A stretch of DNA of 64,000 nt, taken from positions 43,152,001-43,216,000 of the forward strand of contig OX597828.1 in NCBI GenBank assembly GCA_951406725.2. Reading direction: 5' to 3'. The notes below the pieces were generated by a model that had not been told where the DNA came from, did not search any database, and saw nothing but the letters and a program-made list of their open reading frames with translations. A program made the position numbers and the translations under genes. The stretch is from Octopus vulgaris. Lineage: Eukaryota. Positions 16,828-31,654 of this stretch are shown here, one piece after another. Within the stretch, counting starts at the first letter, position 1; each line of letters begins with the position of its first letter.

Positions 16828-17015
16828 AGGCGGAGGAGTGGCTGTGTGGTAAGTAGCTTGCGTACCAACCAGATGGTTCCGGGTTCAGTTTCACTGTGTG
16901 GCACCTTGTGCAGGTGTCTTCTACTACAGCCTCGGGCCGACAAAAGCCTTGTGAGTGGATTTGGTAGACGGAAACTGAAAGAAGTCCTTCGTATATATAT
17001 ATATCTATATATGTA

Positions 17016-17100
<85 letters not shown>

Positions 17101-17326
17101 ATGTGTGTATATGTTTGTGTGTCTGTCTTTGTCACCCCCGCCAACATCGCTTGACAACCGATGCTGGTGTGATTACGTCCCCGTAACTTAGCAGTCCGAC
17201 AAAGAGTCCGATAGAATAAGTACTAGGCTTACAAAGAATAAGTCCTGGGGTCGATCTGCTCGACTAAAGGCGGTGCTCCAGCATGGCCACAGTCAAAATG
17301 ACTGAAACAAGTAAAAGAGTAAAAGA
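16828..17326 (+). mobile_element. Full-length SINE family B (tRNA-like head, internal (TA)n, (AAAAGAGT)n tail)
   Basis: A-box-like TGGCTGTGTGG and B-box-like GGTTCAGTT; more than 10 homologous copies in the window. Confidence 0.9.
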
Positions 17327-18097
17327 ATACACGCACACACACTCGCACTTATTTACACACACATACACATAGGCACACACACTAACGTATATATATATAT
17401 ATACACACACATAGGCTCTTAGCGGCTAAAAGTCTAGTTTGAAGGAATAGATTGATATTTCAATGGCACCAAAGTCAAGAATTTTGTAATTAGATGTGAC
17501 CCCTTAATGAGAACGTTGACACTGAGTGTTGTGAAGCTCTCTTAATACTCCTTACATGTTTGGTGCCAACCCAACTATGTTGTAATAGTGACTTAGAGCG
17601 GTTTTGGGTTTCGATTAATTATTCCTTTCCCACCATATCGATAGCACATAAATTACATTTATTAAACTACAGCCCCTAAATTCCTTGACATTTTAAGCAT
17701 TTGTGGGGAGGAGATTAGCAACCTCTCCTAACTTCAAATGTGGCCTTTCTACTACACCCACACATTTCAGAAACATTGAAAATGTCTTGGAGCATTACCA
17801 AACTAACGTACTAATGTCTATAGAGTCTCAACGCTATGCGAATGCAGGAATAAAGGAATGGCCGAAAACATTGATTTCTACCTTGACATTTCTCTCCCTG
17901 CACGTTTTTGTTTTGAGTGTGTATATATATATACTGCATGGATTTCTGTACACGTATACCCGTGAATATATGTATGTATTTCTTTTTCCCTTACTACCTC
18001 ATTCCAACTTTCTTTCCCTTTCTCTCTCCCTACATCCCCCCTCCATATATATATATGTATATAAGTATATATATTATATATATATATATGTATGCGT

Positions 18098-18131
<34 letters not shown>

Positions 18132-18407
18132 GTATATACATATATATGTATATATATATATATATATATATGTTTATATATATTATATATATCTATGTAT
18201 GCGTATATATATGTATATATATATATATCACGTGATCACGTGACCGACCAGATCATCAGATGTTGCTACACATCGCTGGTCACAATGCGTTCGCATTGTT
18301 TTAGCCTTCGAACGACGCCACCCCGCTGGCTAAGCGAGCAGGCCAATATGTATATATATGTATATATATATATATATGTATATATATATACATATATATC
18401 GTTATTG

Positions 18408-18668
18408 TGAAGGCGTATGGCTCAGTGGTTAGAGCGTCGACCTTACGATCGTGAGGTTGTGAGTTCGAATCCCGGACCGAGCTGCGTGTTGTTTTCTTGA
18501 GCAAGACCCTTTATTTCACGTTGCTCCAGTTCACTCACCTGTAGAAATGAGTTGCGACGTCACTAGTGCCAAGCTGTATCGGCCCCTTTGCCTTTCCCTT
18601 GGATAACACTGGTGGCGTAAAGAGGGGAGGCCGGTATGCATGGACGACTGCTGGTCTTCCATATACAA
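18408..18668 (+). mobile_element. tRNA-derived SINE
   Basis: Head GGCGTATGGCTCAGTGGTTAGAGCG...GAGTTCGAATCCCGG has intact A and B boxes and is followed by a non-tRNA body. Confidence 0.8.
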
Positions 18669-18669
18669 A

Positions 18670-19345
18670 ACTTCTATGCGTCTTGTGCTGTAGACTACAT
18701 TTCTAGTTCTACAGTTAATGCCAGGGTTAATCCTACATACCATGCAGTTATCAGTGGTGCATATGGTATTCGCAAAGGGATATGTCCTACATAGCTGGGA
18801 CCTGATGGAATTTCCTGGCTTTTCAACAATCCTAATGTTGAGTTTGGTCTCCTTCAGAGCTCTCCTAAATCTACAGGCTAGTTCTCCAATTACTGTTGGC
18901 TTCTACAAACATCACTCCATGATATTTGTCGGTTTTATATCACTAGTTCACTCGGTTTGTTTTGTTTCAAGCTCTTTGTATTCTATTCCAGTCTTTACTT
19001 CTATATCTACAGCAAGTAGCACTGGTTTCATTACATATAGTGTAATCTAACTTCTTTCTAGCACCCCTGTATACTCGAACCCTATCTTTCTGATCATACC
19101 CAGAGAATTGCATGTGGTGCATGACGTTCTGTACATGTTTCTTCGTTTCATAGGGTTTGCATAGCGGGGACATGTTGTTCATTATCCTAAGTCTGCTATC
19201 AGTATGTTAATTTTCATGTTGTGGGACAAAGCTGAGTTCTTGTGAACAACACATTTCGAAGTTATGGGTTTTATGTAATAGAAGTGGAGGAGCTGCACTC
19301 CGTTGTTCACTGTCACTAACCAAAGTTCAGTATCAATTTCTACTC
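18670..19345 (-). mobile_element. Decayed Penelope-like element ORF fragment (RT C-terminus, Cys-rich linker, start of GIY-YIG)
   Basis: Translation across stops and frameshifts: [29 protein letters not shown]...MQFSGYDQKDR...VMFV...GELACRFRRALKETKLNIRIVEKPGNSI...CTTDNCMVCRINPGINCRTRNVVY. Confidence 0.75.
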
Positions 19346-19351
19346 TTATAT

Positions 19352-19427
<76 letters not shown>

Positions 19428-19434
19428 GTATATA

Positions 19435-19592
<158 letters not shown>

Positions 19593-19975
19593 AGCACACA
19601 CACACACACACACACACGAAGGCACTCGCATACACACTATGTTGAAGAAGTGATTTTTCAAAGTGGATTTCTTAATTAAATTCGTGACACAAGTTTCATC
19701 ATCTGCAATGAAACGGAGATAAACGTGAATTTCTTCATATGTAATATATTTGTTGCTTGGAATTTACGCGGTATGAGATCTCGGTGAAGTATAGTAGGAA
19801 TTCAAACATCTTACAATGAACCAAAAATTTTATCTATTTTAATATATTTGTACCTCCACTTGTTGATTCTCTTTATCAACATGCACCCACAAGACGCACA
19901 TAAATACTCATACACACACAGACAGACAGACATACGTACATACACACATTTACGCACACATATTTATACATACGC

Positions 19976-20051
<76 letters not shown>

Positions 20052-20110
20052 GTACACACATATATATACAAACACAAAATTATGTGTATATATATATATA
20101 TAAGTATATA

Positions 20111-20166
<56 letters not shown>

Positions 20167-20714
20167 ATCTCTTCGGTTATCTGTATATATATATATATTT
20201 ATTATAATCTGTATTTGATTTCCTCTACCAGTCGTCATCTTATCACTTTCATTTAATCTCCCTCTGGTTTTACCTCTCATTTTTCTTCTCTCTTAACCTT
20301 CTCTTCTTATGTGTACGTAGACCCGATCGGGTGTTGTTATGTTGGGACGAAGTTTGTTTGCTTAAACAATCGACCTTATCTCGGAGGGATATAATTAATA
20401 TTCAACACAATAATCGTTGACCTTAACGTATTATTAATGATTAATAGCTACCCAGGCAGATTTAGCCTCTCGTCATTGCTAACTCTAAGTTAATAAAATA
20501 AACAACACTACAATCAAAAAAGACAATTGTATATATGTATATGTATGTGATCTTTAACATATTGCCAAGTGAGTTACTTGTATTTTTCTTCGTATATTGT
20601 CCAAAAGGAAAAGAAGAAAAAGAGGGTTGATCACTTCTTGTTGGGGTTTCTTATTTATCTGTGGTATGTATCCTCGATCCTGTTACTATTACTATTATTT
20701 TAACACACCTTAGA

Positions 20715-21115
20715 GCAGTGAGCTGGCAGAATTGTGGGTAGTAAAGAAATATGTATTTCGGCTGCCGTTACGTTCTGAGTTCAAATTCCACCGAGGTCGA
20801 CTTTGACTTTCATCCTTTCAGGGTCGATTAAATGTGTACCAGTTACGCACTGGGGTCGATGTAATTGACTTAATCCCTTTTGTCTATCCGTGTTTGTCCC
20901 CTCTATGTTTATCCCCCTGTGGACAATAAAGAAGTAAATGCATATATTTCTGAGTTGCGGTAATCTTGAATGGTTAAAATGTCTGTTTCGTAATTCCAAA
21001 GTCGTTTCTTATATTTTTATTGCCCACAAGGTGCTACACACAGAGGGGACAAACAAGGACAGACAAAGGGATCAAGTCGATCACATCGACCCCAGTGCCT
21101 ATCTGGTACTTATTT
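20715..21115. mobile_element. Two SINE family A copies in tail-to-tail inverted orientation (20715-20935 plus, 21015-21115 minus)
   Basis: Complementary 3' halves (GGGGTCGATG../..CATCGACCCC and TTTGTCCC/GGGACAAA). Confidence 0.8.
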
Positions 21116-21918
21116 AGTAGAAAAGAATATTACTTTCTAATTTAGACATAAGGCTAGCAATTTAAGGGAAGAGGATCAACCCATTGTGTGAACTCGGTAT
21201 TAGACTGGTTCTTTATTTTATCAGCTACGGGAGGATAGAGACAAAGCCGAGCTCAGAAAGATTTGCATGCAGAACGCAAAGAGTTGAGAAAATATGGCAA
21301 GGAATTTTGAGCGATGTTCTAACGATTCTGTCAATCCAGCACCCGAAAAAAATGCTATCTTTTATCCTTAACTTGTAGCTATTCCAGTCATCGGATTGAA
21401 ATAGCAGCCAAATTTGTCATAGATCGTTATGGAAAGAAGTGGATACAGGGAACAGAGTAGTCTTGGATATACTATAGGTGAAAAAAAAAATAGGGCTGCG
21501 AGAGATTATCACAGAAGAAACAGCTTTAATCAAGGGTTTAATCAAGAAGGGCTGATGTGTCTGATCAGGATTTTCATCAACCACAACAACAAAAACAAAG
21601 CCGAAAACCAGTAACTGCCAGTGAAATATATTAGGGGGGATTTAATCTAGAGCGCCATCTTCCTCTGAAAATGTGGGGCCATTTGCAAATATTATAAACC
21701 AGTTGTACCTAAAAAGGATTAAATTTGGCGAAAGCCAATTAAAATTAAAATGTTCGCTTTCCTGGGATTAAAGTAAAAAAAAAAGAAGAAATTAAAAATT
21801 GTTGCGGGTTGTATGTCTCCAGAAAGGTAAGGTTACTGGCTGGATATTACATAAGATGTAATTGGCTACAGTATGGATTATAAGTATAAATGTAAGTATG
21901 CAAAAGGAATGTTAGAAA

Positions 21919-21957
<39 letters not shown>

Positions 21958-22204
21958 CGCGTGTGTGTGTGTGTATGTATGTATGAATATATGTACGTAT
22001 GCATGTGTGTATGTATTAGGTTAGAAAGTCCTGTCGTATTTCAAGATCGGAAAGAAACATACTCTTTTTTCGTCTTAAATGATATATTTAATCACGGTAA
22101 TTTCCCCCATTAGTGAAATCCTAATCCCGTCTAATTTGGCCACTTGTTGATTCCTCTGGCGTAGACTCATTGTCACTTTTAACCACTTCCCAATTGATGT
22201 TATT

Positions 22205-22506
22205 TCTTCCTTCTCGAGCCATACCTGGCTCATAAGGTGCGGTTTCCCGGTTTTATTGGCGTATAGGTTCCCCACCTGGACGAGGCGCCGGCCTGTCGCA
22301 GGTGAGCTGCTAGATGCAGGAGGAAAGAGTGAGAGAAAGTTCTGGTGAAAGAGTCAGCAGGAGTTCGCCATTACTTTCTGCCAGAGCCGCGCGGAGCTTT
22401 AGGTGTTTCGCTCATATAAACACACACATCACCCGGTCTGAGATTCGAGCCCGCGATCCCTCGATCGCGAGTCCGCAGCTCTAAACACTAGGCCATGTAC
22501 CTCCAC
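22205..22506 (-). mobile_element. SINE with family C-type head
   Basis: Minus strand GGAGGTACATGGCCTAGTGTTTAGAGCTGCGGACTCGCG...GAGCGAAACACCTAAAGCTCC, homologous to 40079. Confidence 0.8.
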
Positions 22507-22587
22507 ACTTCACAATTAATTAACTGTTTAGTTTTCTGTTAACAAAGAAGCTATGATCTGAAAAGACGATAGATAGACGGAGCAGTG

Positions 22588-22865
22588 ACGGCGCGTGGCT
22601 TAGTGGTTAGGGTACTTGACATACAATTCTAAAGTCGTGTGTTCGGGTCCCAGCAGTGTTTTGTATCTTTGAATTTTATTTTACGTTGCTCCTTTCCACC
22701 CATGGAAAAATGAGTAATACCAAAGAGTCAGCCTTGTCACATTCTGTGTCACCCTTAAGCATCCTGAAAACTACGTTAATGGTGCGGGTGCCTGCGGAAT
22801 ACTCAGCCAGTTGTATGTTAATTTTACAAGCGGGCTATTCTGTTGGCAGTATCAATTGGAAACCA
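22588..22865 (+). mobile_element. Diverged tRNA-derived SINE sharing its 3' body with 40079-40465
   Basis: Head GGCGCGTGGCTTAGTGGTTAGGG; body GCCTTGTCACATTCTGTGTCAC..AACTACGTTAA. Confidence 0.65.
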
Positions 22866-22879
22866 CATTGTCATAACCA

Positions 22880-23090
22880 AAAGAATGCCAATCTTTTAGA
22901 TGGGGAAAGTACAGGAGAGTAAAGAGGATGAGGCAAATCTTCCATACTTAATGTCATAATCATTTTTTGAGGAACTTTTGTCATATGTGTTCTTGCATTA
23001 TCGTGTAAAGCAACGCCTATGTACGACTGACCGACGGTTGTAGTTTCTTCTGTAAACGTTTGTGAAAAGTTTCCAGTTGAGTTCATAATA
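22880..23090 (-). mobile_element. Mariner transposase remnant
   Basis: LHDNARTH...LPHPLYSPVLSPS matches the mariner motifs HDNARPH and PHPPYSPDLAPSD. Confidence 0.75.
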
Positions 23091-23167
23091 TGCAGCAGAA
23101 ACGGTAACGTGAAACTCTGAGTAACAGCTTTTGTTATATTTCTGCCGCTTTAAAAATAAATTCTAAT

Positions 23168-23226
<59 letters not shown>

Positions 23227-23231
23227 GTATC

Positions 23232-23262
<31 letters not shown>

Positions 23263-23272
23263 CATACATACA

Positions 23273-23304
<32 letters not shown>

Positions 23305-23329
23305 CACACACATATATATATATAGATAT

Positions 23330-23534
23330 CCTTTGTCTTTTACTCGTTTCAGTCATTTGACTGCGGCCATGCTGGGGCACCGCCTTGAAGGGTTTTATTC
23401 GGACAAATCGAGCACTGGACATCCTTTTAAACCTAGTACTTATTCTATCGGTCTCGTTTGCCGAACTGCTCCGTTACCGAGGATGTAAGCACATCAGCAC
23501 CGATTGCCAAGCGGTAGTAGGGACAAACACAAAG

Positions 23535-23605
<71 letters not shown>

Positions 23606-23745
23606 ATGGGCTTTTTTCAGTTTCTGTCTATCAAATCCACTCACAAGTCTTTGGTCTTCACGAGGCTATAGTAGAAAATACTTGCCCAAGGTGCCACGCA
23701 ATGGGACTGAAACCGGAAACATATGGTTGGACGCAAGAACTTATA
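23330..23745 (-). mobile_element. SINE family B copy
   Basis: Homology to 16828-17326. Confidence 0.8.
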
Positions 23746-24694
23746 CTGGATAAAGAAGGCTTTTGGAAACCGATCATAAATGTTCAATTCACTTTTAACC
23801 TTCATTTGATTAAGCAAAGAACCAGTTAGAGGTGAAAGGTCTACTGAGCGAATTTAGGCATTTTTCCTTATTCATGAAGATTTTTATGTGACTACTCTAC
23901 ATTTCCTCAAATATAAATGCCACTCTTCTATTTTTGTTCCCTATATTATCGCACAGAGTTCTCTGTCAGAAAGTCTATCCTTCAGAGACAAGCAGAGGAC
24001 GACTATTTTATTAAACCGAGAAAGAGACAAAATTGAGAGACCACCGACTAACTTTCGGCACTTTTCTTTATTCATAAAGATGGTTTTGATCGAAGTGTGA
24101 CTTTAGTAAACTGTTTTGCGAATTCTCGTGAAGCTCGCTTTAGATTTTCCTCAAATGTAATTGCCACTCTGCTATTTTTGTTTCCAGTATAATCGCATAG
24201 AGATTTCCTCCGTCATTCAGGGAACACCTAACGCCAGAGGCGTTGGTATACACTCTTAATAGGTTGTTTAATAACTCGCACCACCTCACACCACACCTAA
24301 AACATGCCACCGCATCACCGTACCACGCCACAGTTATATTATGTCCGTATCCGTATCAAAACAAAACAGGTTCCTTTTCATTGGTTTTACATGCGTATCT
24401 AGTGTGGCTTGCTGGCACTTCGTCTCTCATTAACAACACATATTTTACATACGTACTTAGATATATACATACAGACATATATGTATATATATATATATAT
24501 GACCACTTGTGTGTGTGTGTGAGTGTGTGTTTTTATGTGTGTATGCATTATACAGCGGGGTTTACAGATAAATACCTCACATTGCACAACTACATCGTTG
24601 TACAATTAAAGACTGCCATATTGCTTTCATTTTTCAATATGAATGTTTGTAATTGCTACTCTACCGTTGTCGCCATTAATGTTATTGCTATTTA

Positions 24695-24749
<55 letters not shown>

Positions 24750-24775
24750 GGTGTTGTTTAAGCTGTTGTGGATGC

Positions 24776-24809
<34 letters not shown>

Positions 24810-24991
24810 ATAGTTTAGAATTCGTTTGTTCGGCTGTTCTAGTATTCGAATGTTTCATTCATTACAATTTGTGTGTGTGTGTGTTTTCTTTCTGTTCTGT
24901 TTGTTCATTGTATTTTGTTTTATTTTACAGTTTTTCTTCATCTTGACTACGACAGTGTGCTGCAGACACTCACCCACTCACACACACCCCC

Positions 24992-25107
<116 letters not shown>

Positions 25108-25971
25108 GCACACACATACGCGTGTTTTTATTTGTTTAAATTTTTTTTTTTTTTTTTCTTCTTTTAATGGTTGTTTGACTCTAGAAGCTCGTCACCAAAG
25201 CATCAAACTGTTCCACTGGAACATCAATGTTACCAAGCAGGAAACAACACGTATCCAGCAGCCTTTAAACTGTAATCCATGTCAGGGGTTGTCTCATATA
25301 ACCCAAACAAGCAGCTTCCACACGCAAAGGGGGAAAACCATTTTTACGTCATTATATCTTTTGTTCTTTTGCTGTTGTTGCTTTTGCTGTTGTTGTTGTT
25401 GTTGTTGTTGTGTTTGTTGTTCTTGTTGTTTTTCTTGTCGTTGTTGTTTTTATGTCAGTCATAGATTTATTTTTTTTATTTGTGTAGTTTTTTTTCTTTT
25501 CTTTTCTGATCCACACTCATAACCGACTGAGTTCTCCAATGAACCGCCATAAATAAAAATATCTAGTATGTAGGATAACCAACAGGAAAAATAACAGCAG
25601 CAACAGAAACAACAACAACAAAAGTGGCAGCAGCAACAGAGGCGACAACGACAACGGTAGCAGCGGCAGCGTCAACGACAAACACATCAGAAATAAATAC
25701 ATGCAAGAGATGAAAGAGCAGTGTTGTTCACTGAAGCGAATCTAATTGTTTCAATCTGCTCTATGCTCCCCTGCAGATCCATTCCCAAGCCCACACTCCC
25801 ACCTCTCGCCCCCCATCTCTCTCTCTCCCTTTTATTTCTGTTAATATATCTTGTTTTTTTTTGTTCTGTGGCGATATGTATTTGTTAGTCTTCATTTTTG
25901 ATTTGTGTTAATATATATTTGTGTGTGTGCGCGCGCGTGTATGTGTGTGTGTATGCGAGTATATATGTGTA

Positions 25972-26007
<36 letters not shown>

Positions 26008-26137
26008 TGTATGTATGTACGTATGTATTTTATTTATTTATTTTATCTAGTTTCAGCTCACGAGCTGTGGCCATGCTGGGGCACCGCCATTTAAAAATAT
26101 CTAGTATGTATGTATATATGTATGTATATATATATTC

Positions 26138-26183
<46 letters not shown>

Positions 26184-27154
26184 GTACAGATGTACGTATA
26201 CGCATATACATATATATGTACATATATACGTACAAATATGTACATATGTGTGTGTGTGTGTGTGTGTGAGTCCGTGTGTGTTCACGCGTGTACGTCTGTG
26301 TTTGTGTGTGCTTGTTTGTGCGCGCGCGCATGTTTGTGTGCGTGCGTGCGTGCGTGCGTATGTGTTTGTGTGTATGTGTTTGTGTTTGTGCGTGTGTGTG
26401 TGTGTGTGTGCATGTGTGTGGCTCACTATCAAGAGGAAATGCTTACTAAACACAGTTAGCACTTTAAATTCCGGTAGCTACGGGTTGAGTTACAGTTCGG
26501 AAAAAAAAACAACAACAAAAAAAACAAAAAAACAAAAAACAAAAACAAAACCAACCGTTGACTATGAACACGATTACGCCGGTCAGTTTAGCTGTTGTTG
26601 TGTAGGATCCCTGGATGCAGCTGTCAGTGTCAGCGTGAGGCCAAGTTAATTGTATGTGATTCGATAACAACAGCTTAAGCTATCTGAGTTTGCTAGCGAT
26701 GTAGAGCAGAAAAAAATGGCGGAAGCAGCGGCAACAGGAAAAAAAAACACTAACAAAAACAACAGATAAAAAACGAGAGGAGGAAATATCTAGTGAAACC
26801 GGTAGTATGGCACTTTTACAGTAAGGCTTTTGAGTAATTGCTAACGATTTAGCTTATTAGAGATTTAATGAGTGGGCAAAAGAGAGATAAGGGGCCCAGT
26901 CTGCCTCCACGCTGACTCCTTTACAATATAAAACAGATTGAAGTCTCATTGATTATTGTATGGAGCCGGTGGTATATTACATTTACATATGTTAGCAATA
27001 ACGCACTCACCTATGTGGGTATATATATATATGCATGTATTTAACAATGTGTATATCCACACACACACACAGACGCACACAGATACACACAAGTAAACAT
27101 ATAGTTGCAAAACATAGTACTCGAATACTAAATGTAGTGTAATATACTATTTTA

Positions 27155-27383
27155 GAGCTGGCAAAAACGTTAGCACGCCGGGCGAAAGCGAAATGCGTAG
27201 CCGTATTTCGTCTGCCGTTATGTTCTGAGTTCAAATTCCGCCGAGGTTGACTTTGCCTTTCATCCTTTCGGGGTCGATTAAATAAGTACCAGTTACGCAC
27301 TGGGATCGATGTGATCGACTTAATCCGTTTGTCTGTCCTTGTTTGTCCCTTCTGTGTTTAGCCCCTTGTGGGCAATAAAGAAA
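27155..27383 (+). mobile_element. SINE family A copy
   Basis: GAGCTGGCAAAAACGTTAGCACGCCGGGCG...GAGTTCAAATTCCGCCGAGG...GGCAATAAAGAAA. Confidence 0.85.
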
Positions 27384-27820
27384 TATATATGAATGTATTT
27401 AACAATGTGTGTATCCACACACACACGCACACACAAATAAACATATAGTTGCAACAAAATAGTACTCGAATACTAAAGGTAGAGTAATATACTATTTTAG
27501 AATGGTATATGTGTGTGTGTGTCTGTGTGTGTGTATAATTATATTGTTATCATCCAGGAATACGGATTATGGTCATAAGAAATTCTTGATTTGTGGAAAT
27601 CCCACATACATATGTATATATGTGTGTATATTTGTGTGTCAACATCTAGCTTGTCCTCACTATATCTGTAGACATGCGCAACCATACATATGAATGTATA
27701 TATGTGTGTGTGTGGTTTTGTGTGCATATATATATATATACCCTTCAATCCGGCGTTCGCCATGATAGATCACTGGCTACTACACATTCTTTATTTTCTC
27801 TTCTTGTTTCTTTCTGTGTT

Positions 27821-27858
27821 CCTTTCTGTGGAAGAGCGTAGGCTCGAAACGTTAAAGG
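27821..27858 (+). ncRNA. Minimal hammerhead-like motif (core variant CTGTGGA) in a repeat-X relative
   Basis: CCTTT-CTGTGGA-A-GAGC-GTAG-GCTC-GAAA-CGTT-AAAGG; 5-bp stem I and 4-bp stem II. Confidence 0.55.
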
Positions 27859-27981
27859 CTATTTCACTTCCCGACCGTTATACTCATACATCTGTTTGTT
27901 GTCTACGCTACCTGTCTTCGTCTTTTTTTGTTTTGTTTTTTTGTGAATTTTCCCCGCTCTCTCTCTCTCTCTCTCTCTCTT

Positions 27982-28029
<48 letters not shown>

Positions 28030-28070
28030 CATGAACGTATTTGTAACTTTTTCGTATATGTATTTAATTT

Positions 28071-28124
<54 letters not shown>

Positions 28125-28259
28125 GTGTGTGTATGTGTATTTGTTTGCATGTGTTTATCTATTCAAGATTATAATGATGATGATCGTGCTTCGCTGTATT
28201 GCTATGAATTCATAGCATCATTAGAAAACACACATGCACATAGTCACATTTATTATTAT

Positions 28260-28359
28260 NNNNNNNNNNNNNNNNNNNNNNNNNNNNNNNNNNNNNNNNN
28301 NNNNNNNNNNNNNNNNNNNNNNNNNNNNNNNNNNNNNNNNNNNNNNNNNNNNNNNNNNN
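28260..28359. other. Assembly gap (100 N)
   Basis: Run of N. Confidence 1.
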
Positions 28360-28482
28360 TATGTGTGTGCCTGGAAGTTCCTTGTATGACAGATGAATCG
28401 CTGTGTCAACATACAAAGAACTGCCACATACAATAGAAATATACAATACCTCACGTAACGTCCACAAAGCGAAAATAATGTA

Positions 28483-28705
28483 TTACTCTTTTACTCTTTT
28501 CCTTGTTTCAGGTATTCGACTGCGGCCATGCTGGAGCACCGCCTTTAGTTGAGCAAATCAACCCCAGGATTTATTCTTTGTAAGCCTAGTACTTATTCTA
28601 TCGGCCTCTTTTTTGCCGAACCGCTAGGTTACGGGGACGTAAACACACCAGCACCGGTTGTCAAGCGATGTTGGCGAGACAAATACAGGCACACAAACAT
28701 ATACG

Positions 28706-28756
<51 letters not shown>

Positions 28757-29023
28757 TCGACACCAGCATCGGTTGTCAAGCGATGTTGGTGGTGGTGGTG
28801 GTGGTGGGGGCAAACACAAACAAACACGCACATACATACACATATATATACATATATACGACGGGCTACTTTCAGTTTCCGTCTACCAAATCCACTCACA
28901 AGGCTTTGGTCGGACCGAGGCCATAGTAGAAGACACTTGCCCAAGGCGCCACGCAATGGGACTGAGCCCGGAACCATGTGGTTGGTAAGCAAGCTACTTA
29001 CCTGACAGCCACTCCTACGCCTA
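28483..29023 (-). mobile_element. SINE family B copy with internal duplication
   Basis: Homology to 16828; ACACCAGCA.CGGTTGTCAAGCGATGTTGG occurs twice (~28646 and ~28760). Confidence 0.85.
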
Positions 29024-29052
29024 TATAAATATATGTGCGTGTATGTGTATAC

Positions 29053-29525
29053 ACCATCACGATCATGCGCCAGGCCCAGCTGAGATGGGCAGGCTACGTC
29101 TCCCGCATGTCCGACACTCGCATCCCAAAACAGCTCTTCTACGGTGAACTCAGCCAGGGAAAACGCAAAGTCGGAGGGCAGAAGAAGCGCTTCAAGGACA
29201 GTCTCAAAGTCTCTCTCAAAGACTTCTCCATCGGCACAGAGACTTGGGAGACACTTGCTGCCGACCGCTCATCCTGGCGCAGCGCAATCACCACAGGAGC
29301 AAAGACAGCCGAGGAGAGACGGATTCGGTCAGCAGAACAGAAACGCCAGATGCGGAAAGCCAGAGCCACCTGCACCAATAGCACAGCCCCTACCCACTTC
29401 TGCCCCACATGTGGGAGGGGCTTTCTTGCCCGGATAGGCCTCATCAGCCACCTCCGGTCTCATAGCAGCAATTCCACCAAATGACGTCAATGGTCATCTT
29501 CGAACCCGAAGGACGAACGTTATTA
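29053..29525 (+). mobile_element. 5'-truncated RTE-clade LINE (ORF C-terminus with C2H2 finger)
   Basis: Uninterrupted QLRWAGYVSRMSDTRIPKQLFYGELSQGKRKVGGQKKRFKDSLK...WETLAADRSSWR...[21 protein letters not shown]. Confidence 0.9.
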
Positions 29526-29554
29526 TGTATATGAATATTTATATGTGCGTTTGC

Positions 29555-29610
<56 letters not shown>

Positions 29611-29618
29611 GTCTGTCA

Positions 29619-29652
<34 letters not shown>

Positions 29653-29842
29653 CTCTATGGTATATATTCTAATAATTACTGGTATTTTTTATTTTATATA
29701 TTATATATGTAAAGCATAATATGTTATGCATGTATGTATATTGTTATAAGTGTCATTTTAGTAAATAAATAAACTGACATAATATGATATCTAAAAGTTT
29801 ATGATTACCACCTATTGATCCCCTCCATTTTCTTATTGCTCC

Positions 29843-29909
<67 letters not shown>

Positions 29910-30197
29910 CATGTGTGTGTGTGTGTAAAGCCTTTTACCAAAGTAAATGGTAATATGATAAATGGATTCAAAAGAGACTGATGCATTTGGAGCGATATAG
30001 TAAGTGAATATACATACATATTCATCATAAGCATATATACATTACATACATATTTGCATGTTTCTCGCCCTTTTCACCCATCTCTCTCTCTATATATATA
30101 CATATATATATATCTGCATATATATATACATATGAATATGCAAGCATATATATGCACTCACAAACATTCAAAGAATTAAAAAATTAAAGAATATATG

Positions 30198-30278
<81 letters not shown>

Positions 30279-30485
30279 CATATATATATACACATATATA
30301 TATGGAAATATATGTGTATGTGTACACGTATATACGTATAAGTGTACATAGATATAAACACAGAAATATATACATAAAATTATATGATATATGTATACAT
30401 ATGTACATACATGCGCACACACAGACACATATACATATATACATACATAGCGTATGTATAGTATAGTATATATCTATATATGCAT

Positions 30486-30722
30486 TACTCTTTTACTCTT
30501 TTCCTTGTTTCAGTCATTTGACTGCGGCCATGCTGGAGCACGGCCTTTAGTCGAGCAGATCAACATCAGGACTTATTCTTTGGAAGCCTAGTACTTATGC
30601 TATCGGTCTATTTTGCTGAACCGCTAAGTTACAGGGACGCAAACACACCACCATCAGTTGTCAAGCGATGTTAGGGGGACCAAACACAGACACACAAGCA
30701 TATGTACACACACACACTCACA

Positions 30723-30765
<43 letters not shown>

Positions 30766-30780
30766 GTATATATATATATG

Positions 30781-30876
<96 letters not shown>

Positions 30877-31036
30877 TACGACGGGATTCTTTCAGTTTCC
30901 ATCTACCAAATCCTCTAGCAATGCTTTGGTCGGCCGGAGGCTAAAGTAAAAGACACCTGCCCATGTTGCCACGCAGTGGGAATGAACCCGGAACCCTGTG
31001 GTTCATAAGCAATATACTTACCACACAGCTACTCCT
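30486..31036 (-). mobile_element. SINE family B copy
   Basis: Homology to 16828-17326. Confidence 0.85.
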
Positions 31037-31147
31037 GTATGTGTATATATATACAGAGAGAGAGAGAGAGAGCGAGAAAGAGAGAGGGAGGGAGAGAGAA
31101 ATGAGTGGTAGATTGGTAGATAAATCGATAGGCAGACAGGCAGACAC

Positions 31148-31282
<135 letters not shown>

Positions 31283-31614
31283 TACAGACAGACATATGCA
31301 CTTGGACATCAGAACTTCGTCTGAGCGAAAATATGAGCACCTAATTCGAAACCGGTATCATGATGCGTGTGAGGTGTGCGAGTTTACATTGATAAAAATA
31401 TATCATACATACAAAAACAAAAAAGGTTATGTAAAAAGTAAAATAACCAAAAGCGCCATATTTGACATAGTAAGCAAGGAGATTGCTGTTGACCTCTGAC
31501 ATCAATTGGGGAGCGGGTGGTTTTGTGAGTCAGGCACAGAAACGGTGGATGAGGTTTCAATCACTAAGTGCACTCTAAACTACAAGTGTGTGTGTGAGTG
31601 TGTGTGTGTGTGTG

Positions 31615-31654
<40 letters not shown>

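Noticed and set aside
18408-18480. tRNA-like sequences here and at 40079, 54982 and 58376
   Set aside because: No proper acceptor stem or terminator, and they continue into SINE bodies.
25175-26950. Unique-looking islands (25175-25340, 26560-26950) as exons or enhancers
   Set aside because: No recognisable protein motif or supportable splice structure; cannot be assessed without alignment.
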